From NCBI GenBank assembly GCA_028534125.1, contig CM052816.1, positions 43,898,001-43,962,000 of the forward strand: a stretch of 64,000 nt of DNA. The letters run 5' to 3'. Positions 37,500 through 49,000 of the stretch are shown here, piece by piece (positions within the stretch are counted from its first letter, which is position 1; the number at the start of each line of letters is the position of its first letter). The stretch is from Lama glama. Taxonomy: Eukaryota. The translations under genes were made by a program, and so were the position numbers. The notes beneath the pieces were generated by a model, which searched no databases, was not told the DNA's origin, and saw only the letters and a list, made by a program, of their open reading frames with translations.

Positions 37500-38570
37500 G
37501 AGATATTACAAACAGAGAGCTCCAGAGTTGTGAAGCTGGAAGACCTGAAAAGTGTGCTGAGTTCAGTCTGTGGTGGAGATGATCAGAAGGGAGTTTTGCA
37601 GTGAGAAAAAACTTGTGATGTGAATGATGATCAGCATTTACATTTGCTTAGAAATGACACTTAAAGCCAGCCTACTACAGGTAGTTTTTCAGGGAGAAAC
37701 AGAGAGAGATTAGGTAAGGGGACCAAAGGTAGAACTGGAAACTTTTGTTTAGGGAGTGGAATGAGAAGTAGCAGTTCAAAAAGAAGTCCTAGAGGGAGCA
37801 GTTTGAGCATACAGGATCACAGAAGGCACGGATGAAGAGCTATGACCAAGAAGATGCTACAGAGCAGTTAAAGACGAGGACGGAAGAGGCCAATCTTAGA
37901 TTTGGTAGACTACTGTTAGACCTCTGAGAAAGCCATTCACTAGATGGATGGAGCAACTGGGAAAAGAAAAAGTGAAGATATAGAGGTTCCTCTTCTGAGA
38001 ATGATCTTTTGAGAAAACTAGCCGTAAAAGCGATAGCGTGAACAGGGATGGGGTGAGATGGGATCGCACATGGAGCCATGTCGGGTGTCTTGCAGTCCGA
38101 GGGAAAGGACTGAGGGGAGAGAGTGAGAGAGAGGGGTGTCAGAGAAGGGAAAAGATATGTGATGATTGGGACAAGCTCTCAGAGGATATGGAAGAAATGA
38201 AATGAGGTCACCATTGAATGAGCCCTGAAATGACTTTATCTTCTGTAATGGCAGGTACACTGAGAGTTTAAAAGAGAAAATAGAAGAGGCATTGAGGGAG
38301 CTCATTGCCAGTAGTCTTGATCTCACTTAAGTAGAAGGTGAGACTATTTGCAGATAATAAGTGTGGGTTGGAGCTCCATTGTCAGGGCAATGAAACAACC
38401 TTACGCAAAGGCAGTCAACTTAGAGACAAATTAAAGTTAGCAGTGAGTGGCTGATTTCTGTTGAGTTTTTGATGGAACCAGTTGTTTTGTTATAGAGTTC
38501 TTTCTAGCATGACTTGAGAATCCAAGAGCAGAGAAACTGGCCTTCGAGATTCAGCTGGGTTAGGGAATTA
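37500..38570 (-). mobile_element. Long degenerate L2 fragment
   Basis: Purine-rich L2 antisense text (cagttaaagacgaggacggaagaggccaatcttagatttgg...gacctctgagaaagcc...tcttttgagaaaactagccgtaaaag). Confidence 0.65.
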
Positions 38571-39149
38571 GCATAGTACTTGCTTCCTAATGCTGCTCCC
38601 AAACTTCTTTTGAGTACCTTCAAAAATTCAGCAAGCTATTTTCTTTATCTTTATTGTTCTTATCTACCAACTCCAAAGACCTTTATTGCTTCTGTGATTT
38701 CAGTACTTGGGTCATCATCTTTCTCTCCTTGACATCATCCTCCCATTGTTCCCCCAACCACATTAATAATGGCATTGTTTCAAAGTCCCTTGACTTCCTC
38801 AGTTCTATTTAACTGCATCTCATTCCACCTAAGCAACCAACACACACACGTATGTTTTACATACCATAGTTATTTTTCATAGCTTCTTCTCCATTGTGAT
38901 CTTGAGCTGTGGCTTCAGATTTAAAATCTCAATTCGGGAGTGAAAATATACTTTAACTTGAGGGTAAAATGGCATATATTTGAAGTTGAAAAATAATTAT
39001 TATTCTGCAAAACTGATTCTCCTGCATTCAAAATTATAATATGTTCTTTTTCTCCAAAGGACAGTGTATAAGTAAGCTGATTAGTGAATATAAATGAATG
39101 CATCCACTTTTTAAAATGACCCCTTTTTGTATGAAGATATATAATCCAT

Positions 39150-39320
39150 TAATAATGGTCATCATTTAATGACTATCTACTGACATAGGTATTTGACATA
39201 TATTCTGTCAGCTCCTCAGAGCAGTATTGTAGAAATATCAAAGCCATTGAGCTATTACCATAATTATTATTTAAACCATGGTCTGACCCTAAAATCTAGG
39301 CTTTTACCCCATAATTATCA
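39150..39320 (-). mobile_element. Degenerate MIR
   Basis: catcatttaatgactatctactg...atttaaaccatggtctgaccctaaaatctaggcttttaccc. Confidence 0.5.
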
Positions 39321-39469
39321 TTATATAACATTCCACATATTACTTTGAAAGTGTTTTTAAAAGACAATGTAAATGTTTCTAGAATTTTACTGATCTTTGA
39401 AAACTTAAAGTTCTTTTATTTCAAATGGTATAGAATGACCATTTTTACCAAAAACATAAGATATGTAGC

Positions 39470-39690
39470 TGATGAGCTAGAATTCTGCCACTTACCATAT
39501 ATGGGATCTTGGGAATTTAAGGCAAAGCTTTGGTAAACCTCAGTTTATTCATCTATAAAATGGGGGGGCGAAGATCACGCATATAACATCAGGTCGTTGT
39601 TAAAACAATTAAATAAGGGCATATATGCAAGGTGCTGTAACAGAGTAACTGCTCAATACCTATCAGGTAATAATATCATTATTATAATTA
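39470..39690 (+). mobile_element. MIR SINE
   Basis: ttctgccacttaccatatgggatcttgg...cctcagtttattcatctataaaatggg...gtaactgctcaata. Confidence 0.8.
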
Positions 39691-40611
39691 TTATTTTATC
39701 CCACTAATATTTTTTCAAAGGATTTTCAAAAACTATTCCTGAGGACTAGTTGATTTTACAGTCCTTCAGAATGCTCCACTGAAATAACCCTTAAGGACAT
39801 CCCTGACTAGATTATGTTTCATAATTCAACGTGTTTTGTTGGTCCATCATGTCAGTCAGAGGAAGCTACTTCTTCAATAGCATAGATTCTGTTTTTCTGG
39901 TTAAAAACAAAAACTCCCCCCATCTTTTTTCTTCTGTCTGATGGCAAAAAGGAAAAATTCTGAAATTCTGATATCAACGTCACACAACTCCAGTTCCCAC
40001 GCTGGAGAGTTCCTCTGTGCACCGGTTTGCAGCGCCGTGGTGGGGAGGTGGGCTGCTTCAGCTCTCACACGTGTGGCCCACCAGAAGTGCTGTCATCCTC
40101 GCCTCCCACCACCTGGTAATGAGTCCCCAGTGGGGCTCTGGTAGGAATGGGGCTGCCATCCTCAAGTCGGCACCCGCTGCTTTCGGCAGCATTGCTTATG
40201 GTGATGTGTTTGTTAGGGGGGCCATTTGCTACTACCTGATGAAGTATCACCAACGTGAAGCTTCTTGAAAATGAGATTGCTTTGCTAATCTGAGGGCTGC
40301 AGAGCCTCCGGGACTAGGGTGCATAGTAATGACTAAGTGTGGTTCCAGACCACCTGTCTGTGACAAAGGGCTGGGGAGCTGAGACGTCCCTGAGATGCAT
40401 TCTGCACAGGACAAGAAGAAGGAAAGGCATGTGCCTCTCCAATGCAGATTTCCTTCTGATTCCGTGACAGTTTACCCCCATGGGGCTCACAGCCTGGCAA
40501 TTGTTCTGCAATGAGTATTTTAAGACCAGTGAAAAATGATAAATTGGAGAAAATTGTCTGCAATTTTCTCAAGTTTATTATTCTAGGAAGCTTCAGATCA
40601 GTGATTAGAAT

Positions 40612-40695
40612 AGAAAGGGAGGAAGGGAGGGAGAAAGGGTGGGGGAAGGAAGGAAGGACGGAAGGACGGAAGGAAGGAAGGAAGGAAAGAAGAAA
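40612..40695 (+). repeat. Purine-rich (GGAA/GGAC)n simple repeat
   Basis: Direct reading. Confidence 0.92.
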
Positions 40696-40704
40696 TTTAT
40701 CAAA

Positions 40705-40873
40705 GTCATTCAGGGTACTTGGGAGTACTTGTTAATAACTTAAATTCTGAGTCTTATCCCTAGAGATTTTGATTCAGTAGACCTGACATAGTGCTTCAAA
40801 ATCTGTGTTTTAACATGTAATCAAGTCAATTCTGGTGCAGGTGGTCTTCAGAAAACACATAATGAAGCACTGA
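40705..40873. mobile_element. MER5A-like DNA transposon fossil
   Basis: attctgagtcttatccctagagattttgattcagtagacctg...atctgtgttttaaca...aattctggtgcaggtggtc...gaagcactg. Confidence 0.8.
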
Positions 40874-41032
40874 CAGTGAGTGACTAGAGACTTGGAATTT
40901 AATCTCTCGCCATCTTGGCCCTGTTGTAGCCGGACAATAGATCTCCATGAACTCTCTCCAAGTTTCTGTTCTCTTTCCACATATAGATTCTCACTCATGT
41001 TTCCATCAGTTAATTCAATCACATTGTTTCCA

Positions 41033-41462
41033 TGTATTGAATGCTGGAGGCTCTCCAGATCCACCCTCCCCCCTCTGACCTGCCTTATGTCTTGGAAGTC
41101 AGCCTCTAAGGATTGCGCCAGTCAGAGCCCCCTGCCTTCAGAAGGCCAGTGGAGTGTAAAGCCAGGGTAATTACCTTCCTGTGCTCCCTTCGAGAAAAGT
41201 TTGTCAGTGGCTGAATTATTCCTCTATTAAAGCGTATAGTAGGAGATGCCATAGCTGTAGGTCTGGTAATTCCCCCTTCTCTTGCCCCTGTAGGTTTAGA
41301 GCACTAACAGCTTCTTAAGACTGTCTACCCCAGGGTGCTTCACTGTCTGTCTCGCTGATTTCATGTAAATCTGCTCCTACCTTGTAAGAGTCATGGTTGG
41401 ACTCTCTTCAGTTACTCCTTTTGAGTGTGATGTGCTTTTCCTGAGGGGGCCCTGACGACATA
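41033..41462 (+). mobile_element. LTR33-like (ERV-L) solo LTR
   Basis: tgtattg...cagatccaccctccc...ctggtaattcccccttctcttgcccctgtaggtttagag...tttgagtgtgatgtgcttttcctgagggggccctgacgacata. Confidence 0.75.
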
Positions 41463-42129
41463 TTGAGAAGCTTTACAGTAGCTTCTGAGAAGGTCTTGGA
41501 AAGTAAAGCAAGGTAACAATTATTCTGAATTGGGATATGTAATATGATAGACATATGTACAGGTTGATAAAAGAACATAGTGGAGGGCAAAAAAGGAATC
41601 TGTCTTGACAATTGAGAGAAACTTACAAATGAGTTGACACTGCTGTAGGGTCCTAAATATTGCTTAGGAAACTATAGGTGGAAAAGCAGGGGAAGGAGTG
41701 TCTGCAGAGGGTTCCCCTGAACACTGATGGCCAACACACTAACTCAAGTCACTATCATCTCTCGCAAGGAATGGTTAATGCTACAGTTTTCCTTCATTCT
41801 TTCTTACTCTTTTCCAGTTTAGTCCCCATACAATAGAAAAGTGATCTTTATAAAATTTAAGAGAATAATGTCAATACATAAGTGTTTATAAATAGAAAAA
41901 TATTTCTAAGTTTTTTTGTTTTTTAGTTAAAATTTAAAATGTGTAGAAGGTAATGGTAGTAGTAGTGGAAAATAATGATGCATGTACTCTAAATACGGAG
42001 TTAAACACTGCAAAATTATGGAAAGTTTTAGAATAGAGGATTAGAATAGAAGATTGACTAAATTCAGTCTTTATTTCAGAAATCTTCTTTTCTCCTGTGA
42101 AATGATTTTTTTCATTCTTTTTATGTGTA

Positions 42130-42670
42130 TGTGGTTTTTCAAAGCAGCTCTATTAATATACACTTGACGTACATTAAACTGAATATATTTAAGTTAAACA
42201 ACTTGAAAAGTTTTCACACATGTGTACACTCATGAAGTGACCATTATAATCAAGATGATGAGCATATCCATCACCCTATTCCTCCTGCCTCCTGATAATC
42301 CCTTTCTCCCAAACCTTCCTGACCCCACGTTGCCCCAGAAAACCACTAATCTATGTTCTGTCACTACAGATTAGTTTATATTTCCTAGAATTTAATATAA
42401 ATAGAATCATACAGTATCTTTTGTCTAGCTTCTTAGTATAATTATTTTGAGATGCACCCACCTTACAGTGTGAAGGAATATTCCATTCCTTTTCACAAGT
42501 GAGCAGCAGTCTATATTGATATACTAGGGTCTCTCTATACTTTAACATGTTGATGAAAACAAATTTGGATGTTTCCATTTTGGGGTTATTACAAATAAAA
42601 CTTCTATGAACATTTGTGTACACTTTGTGTGGAAGACCACTGTTCACTGTTTTCGTTAATCTCATCCCTA
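42130..42670 (-). mobile_element. L1MB/L1MC-like 3' fragment
   Basis: cagctctattaatatacacttgac...aatcaagatgatgagcatatccatcaccc...aaccactaatctatgttctgtcactacagattagttt...ctatgaacatttgtgtac. Confidence 0.88.
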
Positions 42671-43364
42671 TGAGTAAATCTGCCCTGTGACTTTATCTTG
42701 CCCAGAAGACAAAGCTGTCTGTTATAAGGGATGATTTTCCTTATTTAATGTGGCAAGCATTTTCATTTTCTGGAAAAATTACTTTTATGTCAGGAAAAGG
42801 AATTCAGTTGTGAGGACTGTCTATGATTCCAAGCTTAATTTCACCATGTTAGAGGTGATAAAATACTTATTTTTCTAAGATATTGAAGACAACTACTTAA
42901 ATGAAAACTTCAGAAATATTCTCTGAAAGTCTTACTATTTCTTCTTTTCCAAAAGCTCTGCCAGTAATGAGTAAAATATATTTAAGTAAAAACTATCTAT
43001 ACTGCAATCCCCATGTGACTCTGCTGAATTTAAATAGAAAATATTTATTATTGGAATACACACCTGGCCTTGATACTGTTATATTTTAGACTGTGATATA
43101 ACAGATTTACCATTTCCCACTCTGAAAGAGCCATCTGTACCTCTCGACATGTAAACAGACCCATGTCCATAAGGACAGATTCTTAGGACCATCAACTAGT
43201 CCAGACAAGCATAATACACTAGCCTATATGGGGCACTTCATGTCTCTGAGACCATTTGGGTACATTTTATAAATGGCATCTTGTTAAGGTCCTCATTACT
43301 CTGGTGTGGTTAATGTACTTGTTGTGAAACGTTCTCACTATCCATCCTTTTTAACTGCCAAGGC

Positions 43365-43515
43365 TCACGGTCTAGCTCTGCTGCTTACTACTTGTGTAAT
43401 CCTGGGCACACTTTGCCCCTCTTTGGCTCATACCCTCATCTATCAAATAGAATTAATAATAGTGATACTTCTTAGAACAGTGCCTGATAAATAATAAGTG
43501 CTCTATAAAACTTTT
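43365..43515 (+). mobile_element. MIR SINE fragment
   Basis: ctagctctgctgcttactacttgtgtaatcctgggcac...ctcatctatcaaatag...cttagaacagtgcctg...taagtgctc. Confidence 0.75.
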
Positions 43516-43589
43516 ATTAAAAGAAATAATTAATTAATGCATTTGATACTGAACAACAAGTCTTGCTGGAAGATGGGCATCTGATAATT

Positions 43590-44295
43590 ATAAACCTTGG
43601 TGGGTTTGCTGGTGTTCAACAGCAGAGGGAACTCATATTTTTCTTCTAAGAGGAAATCTGGGATGGCAAAAGCCTGATGTTGAGGGCCTATAAAGTATTG
43701 TGGGCCAGCAAAGAGGTGTGTCTTAGAAAAGAGGGCCCAAGACAGTAAGAGAGCTGGAGATAGCTCTCAAGTCTCCCACAGCCCAGCATCCCGAGAGAAC
43801 ACCCTATAATTATTTTGCTTCTAAAAAGCTCAGAGAAGTGGCCAAAAGTTGGGTTGGGACCAAGGGGACACAGTAACTGTAGGAGGGAAGAGTCTCAGGA
43901 GCGATCAGCAGAGGCAGTGGAGACCAAGGGCCGTGTCTAAACCCCATGCTGGCTAAGCCACATCTCCCTGAAGCCAGTGCGAGCAGGCACCAGTGACCCT
44001 GGGCCAACCACCTTCTTCTGATGTCATGAGACCACATAGGCCACCAAGTCAAGTAGGAGAAGTTAAAAAAAAGGGGAGTCCCAGAGAGAAAGGAGGAGGA
44101 GTCCGAAGGTGATCACTCCTGAAGTGTTGTTTGAGGAGTAAGGCATTGGACTATATTTTCCTGGATGTCACTAGTTTGGTTCTATTTTCAGGCAGAAATA
44201 AAGTTTCAAGGAAGAAATTAAGTCCAGCTATGACAACATAAAGCTGGAGTTTTGAACTCCTGAATTTCTTGACGGTTAAATTTGTACCAGTAACT
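43590..44295 (+). mobile_element. Possible ancient mammalian Gypsy-type (MamGyp-like) LTR
   Basis: GC-richer block of about 700 bp between two MIRs, with a tataaa motif near 43689 and a 3' part (aataaag...ataaagctggagttttgaactcctgaatt...taaatttgtacc) resembling recalled MamGypLTR ends. Confidence 0.35.
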
Positions 44296-44339
44296 TTTAA
44301 ACTGTAATCATAGGTGCACATCACCAGATGTGACCTGTA

Positions 44340-44580
44340 GACTTTGGAGCTCTGGAGGAGCCCAGGAGGCTTGAAGCCTAGTCATGATTTTGTTGCTTAT
44401 AATTGTGATAATTTGAGCAATCCTATAACCTAAAGGCTTTTTTTTTTTCATGATAAAATGTGTGTTATAACACCTGTCCAGCATTCCTCACGTTTCCCGT
44501 GAACATCAAATGGGGATATTTATGTAAAAGTGTTCTGAGAAACGATAAAGCGTAATGTGATCACTGGGAGTTATTATGAG
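44340..44580 (+). mobile_element. MIR SINE
   Basis: gactttggagctc...tgtgataatttgagcaa...cccgtgaacatcaaatggggatatttatgtaaaagtg. Confidence 0.7.
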
Positions 44581-44719
44581 TTAGAACATGGCAATGATGA
44601 GTTTTGGAGGCATCGTGGAATGCAGATTTATACCAAAATGAGCTCCCCCAAATGGGGTTATGGAAGTCAGTGTCTAGTGAAGGAAGTCAATAGACTGAGC
44701 AATGAGGGAATATATTAGT

Positions 44720-44920
44720 CTTCAGAATCAGAATGACCTGATAAAGAATTCAAGAATTCTTAGCTCAGATAGTTACTATCTTTTACAGCATGAATAAAAT
44801 TAATTTACATTTTTGAGTCCCAATTTTCTCATCTGCAAGATGAGTTTGTGGTGAGGAATGGAAATCATGTGTGTTAAGGGCCTTGGGCATAGCAAACCTT
44901 CACCAACAGATGATAGTTAC
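44720..44920 (+). mobile_element. MIR SINE
   Basis: ttcaagaattcttagctc...ttgagtcccaattttctcatctgcaagatgag...gtggtgaggaat. Confidence 0.7.
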
Positions 44921-45929
44921 TTGTTCTCAAAGGATGTGAACCAGTTTATTTTAACAAGGCAGGGTGGGGATGTGGGGGTAGGTGAGAATGTGCAAGTCAG
45001 GAATGAGAGCAGAGGTAAGTCATACACATGATTGTAATGTTCATTGATTGAACACTGTATATCATCTATTGCCTCTCAAGGATGGGGGAAGTCACAAGAA
45101 TCATGGGGAAGGAGGGGATTGAACCATCTCCCCTCCACGTACCCTGGAAGAGCATGTGGGAAGTTTGGAGTGATCGTTAACTGACTGTAAAAACAAAGTC
45201 TGCATATATTCCACAATGATAAAGCTGGGATCGATTCATCTAGGCATCTGTAGTGCCAAGCTCAGTACCTGGACAGGACACATTCCTTCCTTTTAAGCTT
45301 ACAACCTAGTGAGGCAGGACAAAGTCACTTTCAAAATACTTAAGTGATTCTGAACACTCTCAGAAAAAAAAACGGTTTCATCACTATGAAATAAAAGGCA
45401 CAGACCAGATTGAAAAGGTGGAAGGCAAGCTAAAAATGTAGTTTGGGACAGAGTAGAGATCGTAGTGTCACTAATAATAATAATAATTATATATATGTAT
45501 GTATGTATTTGAAAAAGCAGAGTGATTGCTTGAAGGGAAGAATATGGGATCTCTCTCTCTTCACGCAGGCTATTGTGAAGAGTCCCATGCTAGCCATGTG
45601 GAGATGAAGCCCCAGTGGAGGGTGAGACTTGGAGCAAAAGACCAAGGGGGCTGACCTTGACTTTGGGAGTCATCTAATTAAAGATGGTTTCGGCATTTTG
45701 TTAGAAAATCTGTTTCTGGGAAACTTTGAGCAGAGGAAACGGCAAAAGGGACTAGGAAGCCATGATTGTGCAAAAATTAGTGCGAGGAATTTTGTCCATC
45801 TTGGGTAGATTAAATTTTGGGTAGCAAATTGACAATAGTAGGATCTATCAATCTATCACCACAATTTTCTGTAACTGCCATATGAATTAGGTTATTTAAT
45901 ATCAGATATAGTCAAAGCAAATGTCATTA

Positions 45930-46040
45930 GCTTCAGTGTGCAGATTGAAAGTAAACAGTTCAAAGAGAGCAGGGTTTGACTTGCTCAACATTACACCGTA
46001 AATAATGGAGTTGGAGCTAGAACTCACACCTTCCAGTAAA
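45930..46040 (-). mobile_element. MIR core fragment
   Basis: tgacttgctcaacattacac...gagttggagctagaactcac. Confidence 0.55.
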
Positions 46041-49000
46041 CAACCAAAGTCAACCTACAACCCACACTGTGGTATAATCTGTCTTTACTCACATACAAAA
46101 CACCATTTTCAGTGACAGAATTGCCCAAAACCTACAGATAAAAATGAAAAACAGTAGGCCAAAGTCAGACGCTAGATCTCATATTTAGATGTTGGAGTTC
46201 ATCCCGGTTTCAGATCTCTCGCTGCTATTTTAATCTACAGGTCTGATGGGATCGGGTTTTATCCCGCCTGGTTCTCAAGGTTCCCTACGTAGGATTTTCT
46301 AAAGTCTTAAGAACTGTTTCTATGAACAACTTCCGTTCTCGCCACCCCTCCCCCTTTAAGGAGGAAATGGAGATGATTGCATTGGCAATTCAAATGGAGA
46401 GGTGCTTGATTAAGCAGGAGACTACCACTTGGTGAAGCATATCCTTGGCACAGGTCTGTGGGAGCCATTGCAGCCTATCAATAGGTCAAGAATCTCTTCC
46501 ATCCCTGCAACGTGAGGCTGATTTCGTCTGGGATGTTAGAGAAATTTCCTCTTTCCAAATTTCATTTATGAGATAACCTTAAAATGAGCTACATTATGAG
46601 ACTGAGAGATCAGGGCATTTTTTAAGGTCATGTTGTCCTCAGGCAACCTACATAGGCAAGGAAAAAAAAACTTTTATCAGTTAAATCTATTGATGAATAC
46701 ATGTATTCTGCATTCTGATAAAGACCTCAAACCAATTCTTTTTGCTTTGTTTTGTTTTGTTTGCTATAGACTGAGGTATTCTTTCTTTTCTTTTTCATTT
46801 TTGTTCCTAAACTCTCAGATTCATTATCTTAAGCTCATAGATACAGCCAGAGGGTGTGAGAAATACAGAGGGTTTCTAGATCTACACAGGCTGAGTCAGC
46901 CATTATTACTGTTTCTGAAAATTAAAAGGAAGGAATAATAGCCTAGTTCAGAGGTGCCCTGCTAGAGGCAGGGTCCTACGAAATTCTGGCCGAAGTGTTA
47001 ATCCTGGATTTGTGCAATTTTGACCAGGTCTGACTATGCCTGGCTAGAGAGCGGATTATGCCATTTCTCCAGGAGGACAGGTCATTCCCGCCTTGTGCTG
47101 ATGCTCCATTTCATTTGGTATGCATGGTGGGCATGGTGCCACTCTGACTTTTAATCCTAATGGAGAGAGCACGCAAGTTGACTGGGACCCTCTAGGGAAA
47201 ATTGAGCTTTAATGACAATTTGAGTGTAAAATCTGGTCTCTGCAAGAAAGGTCACCACATCTGCATCGCCCCTGGGGTCAGGCTTAGAGCCCTGTCTGCC
47301 TTCAAATAAAGAAGCATTTTCCTGTGTCTTAAGGCTGCTTTAGTTTGAGGTACAAGGAGCACATGACAGAATCAGGGGAACTGAGTGATGTCTGTGCATG
47401 TTTGACTGCACTCTGCATCCTAAGAGAAGACTGGAGAAACCCAATCAATACTACAAGCATGTCCTGGACAGCAGCAATGCTGTTTTCATTCTGTTACAAT
47501 AATGAATTGAAGTCTCCCACAGCAGGTATAATAAGCACTACTCAACCCTTGATATTCAATCACCTTTAACTGGTTATATCTATCTGAAATTCAATGTTAA
47601 CTGTGGTTTTACAATACCCCATTGGCAACCTTTTACAGCTCTCTCTGCACAAAAATGCAAAAACATCAAAAATGCCTCTCAGTGCCATATACTGAGTGCT
47701 TCCCTATATTTGCTAAAATGTTTTCCATTTTTTATTTAAAGTCCAGTGGAAGGCATTCAGACACTGTGCACAAAATGAAGTGGTTTTGCCTTCAGTTTGA
47801 AATTATTTTTACCATTACTGTTAGCCTAGAGTTCATATCTTCATCGTTTCTGGTTGTGAAGTGATTTCGTGTTATCTAGATCCCCCAAAGCAAGCTAATC
47901 TTTTACAAATAAAAATGAAAAGAAACCACTTTTTTTTTTTTCTCAGAAGGCTCACTTGCGGTTTTTTTGGTATCTGATTACTTTTTATTTAGTGAAAGCT
48001 TCTTTTTTCCCTCTATAGAACGAGAAGCAGAATAGCAAATTCTGAGAGAACAAAAATAGAAAATATAGAGAATAGAAAAGCAAAGAAAGCAGTTTATGCA
48101 CAGGAGAAATGAGCAAGTGTTTCTACCTTATTTGATTACCATAAATGAGACGAGAAATTAAGGGCTCATGAAAAATCCTGGTAAAATGTGCATCCTGGAG
48201 AGAATCCAAGTTTGGAGTTCACGGTCTGAATATGAATAACTCTATCTCAATGTATTTTACTAGCTTTTCATTTTATTTTGAATTTAATTTTAACTATCAA
48301 GAATTTATCGTCTTAGGGTTAATTCAAAATCTGAACAAAAATATCTAGTCAATGTAAACTATGTTACATAATCATATCCAATCACATTGTTAGGTTTTAA
48401 GATTTCAGTATCATCGGTTCAGAGTGCTTCATGTAAACAGGATCAATTTGACCAGAATCAGATCTTTGACAGGCAAGCTAGTGGCCTAGATAAGTGATTT
48501 TGGTTTGCTGCCTGAAATTGGTTTGTAATTATTTCACTCTTATTTCTGATTTGATCCATAGGCTTTGTAAGATGATTTCAGTGGATTCTTTGAAACATTC
48601 ATTTTTACTATGTAAAATACAAAAACGGGCAACAATGACAGAAGCCCAAATTAGTTACCATAATAGAACTAATATGCTTTAAATTTTTTTTAAGTTTTAT
48701 TATTCAGAATCAGCAAAGTAAAATCTATTTGGATGTAAATATCACTTAAAGTCACAATTTTTGAGAATGGTAACAATGGAAGCCATTACCGTGATAAAAT
48801 TTACAAATCTCAGTATTTGTAAATATACAGATAAATGAATAATTTAATAATGCATATATTAAATTTTATAAATAAGATTTAAACTAATAGACTTTAAGTT
48901 TCTTAATGTCTTGTATACAGAGTAGGCAAACTTCTACTTCCAAACAAAAAGCTAAAGGATTCCATCAAAGCAAGGGTGGTAAACTAAACTTAGCTTTTAT

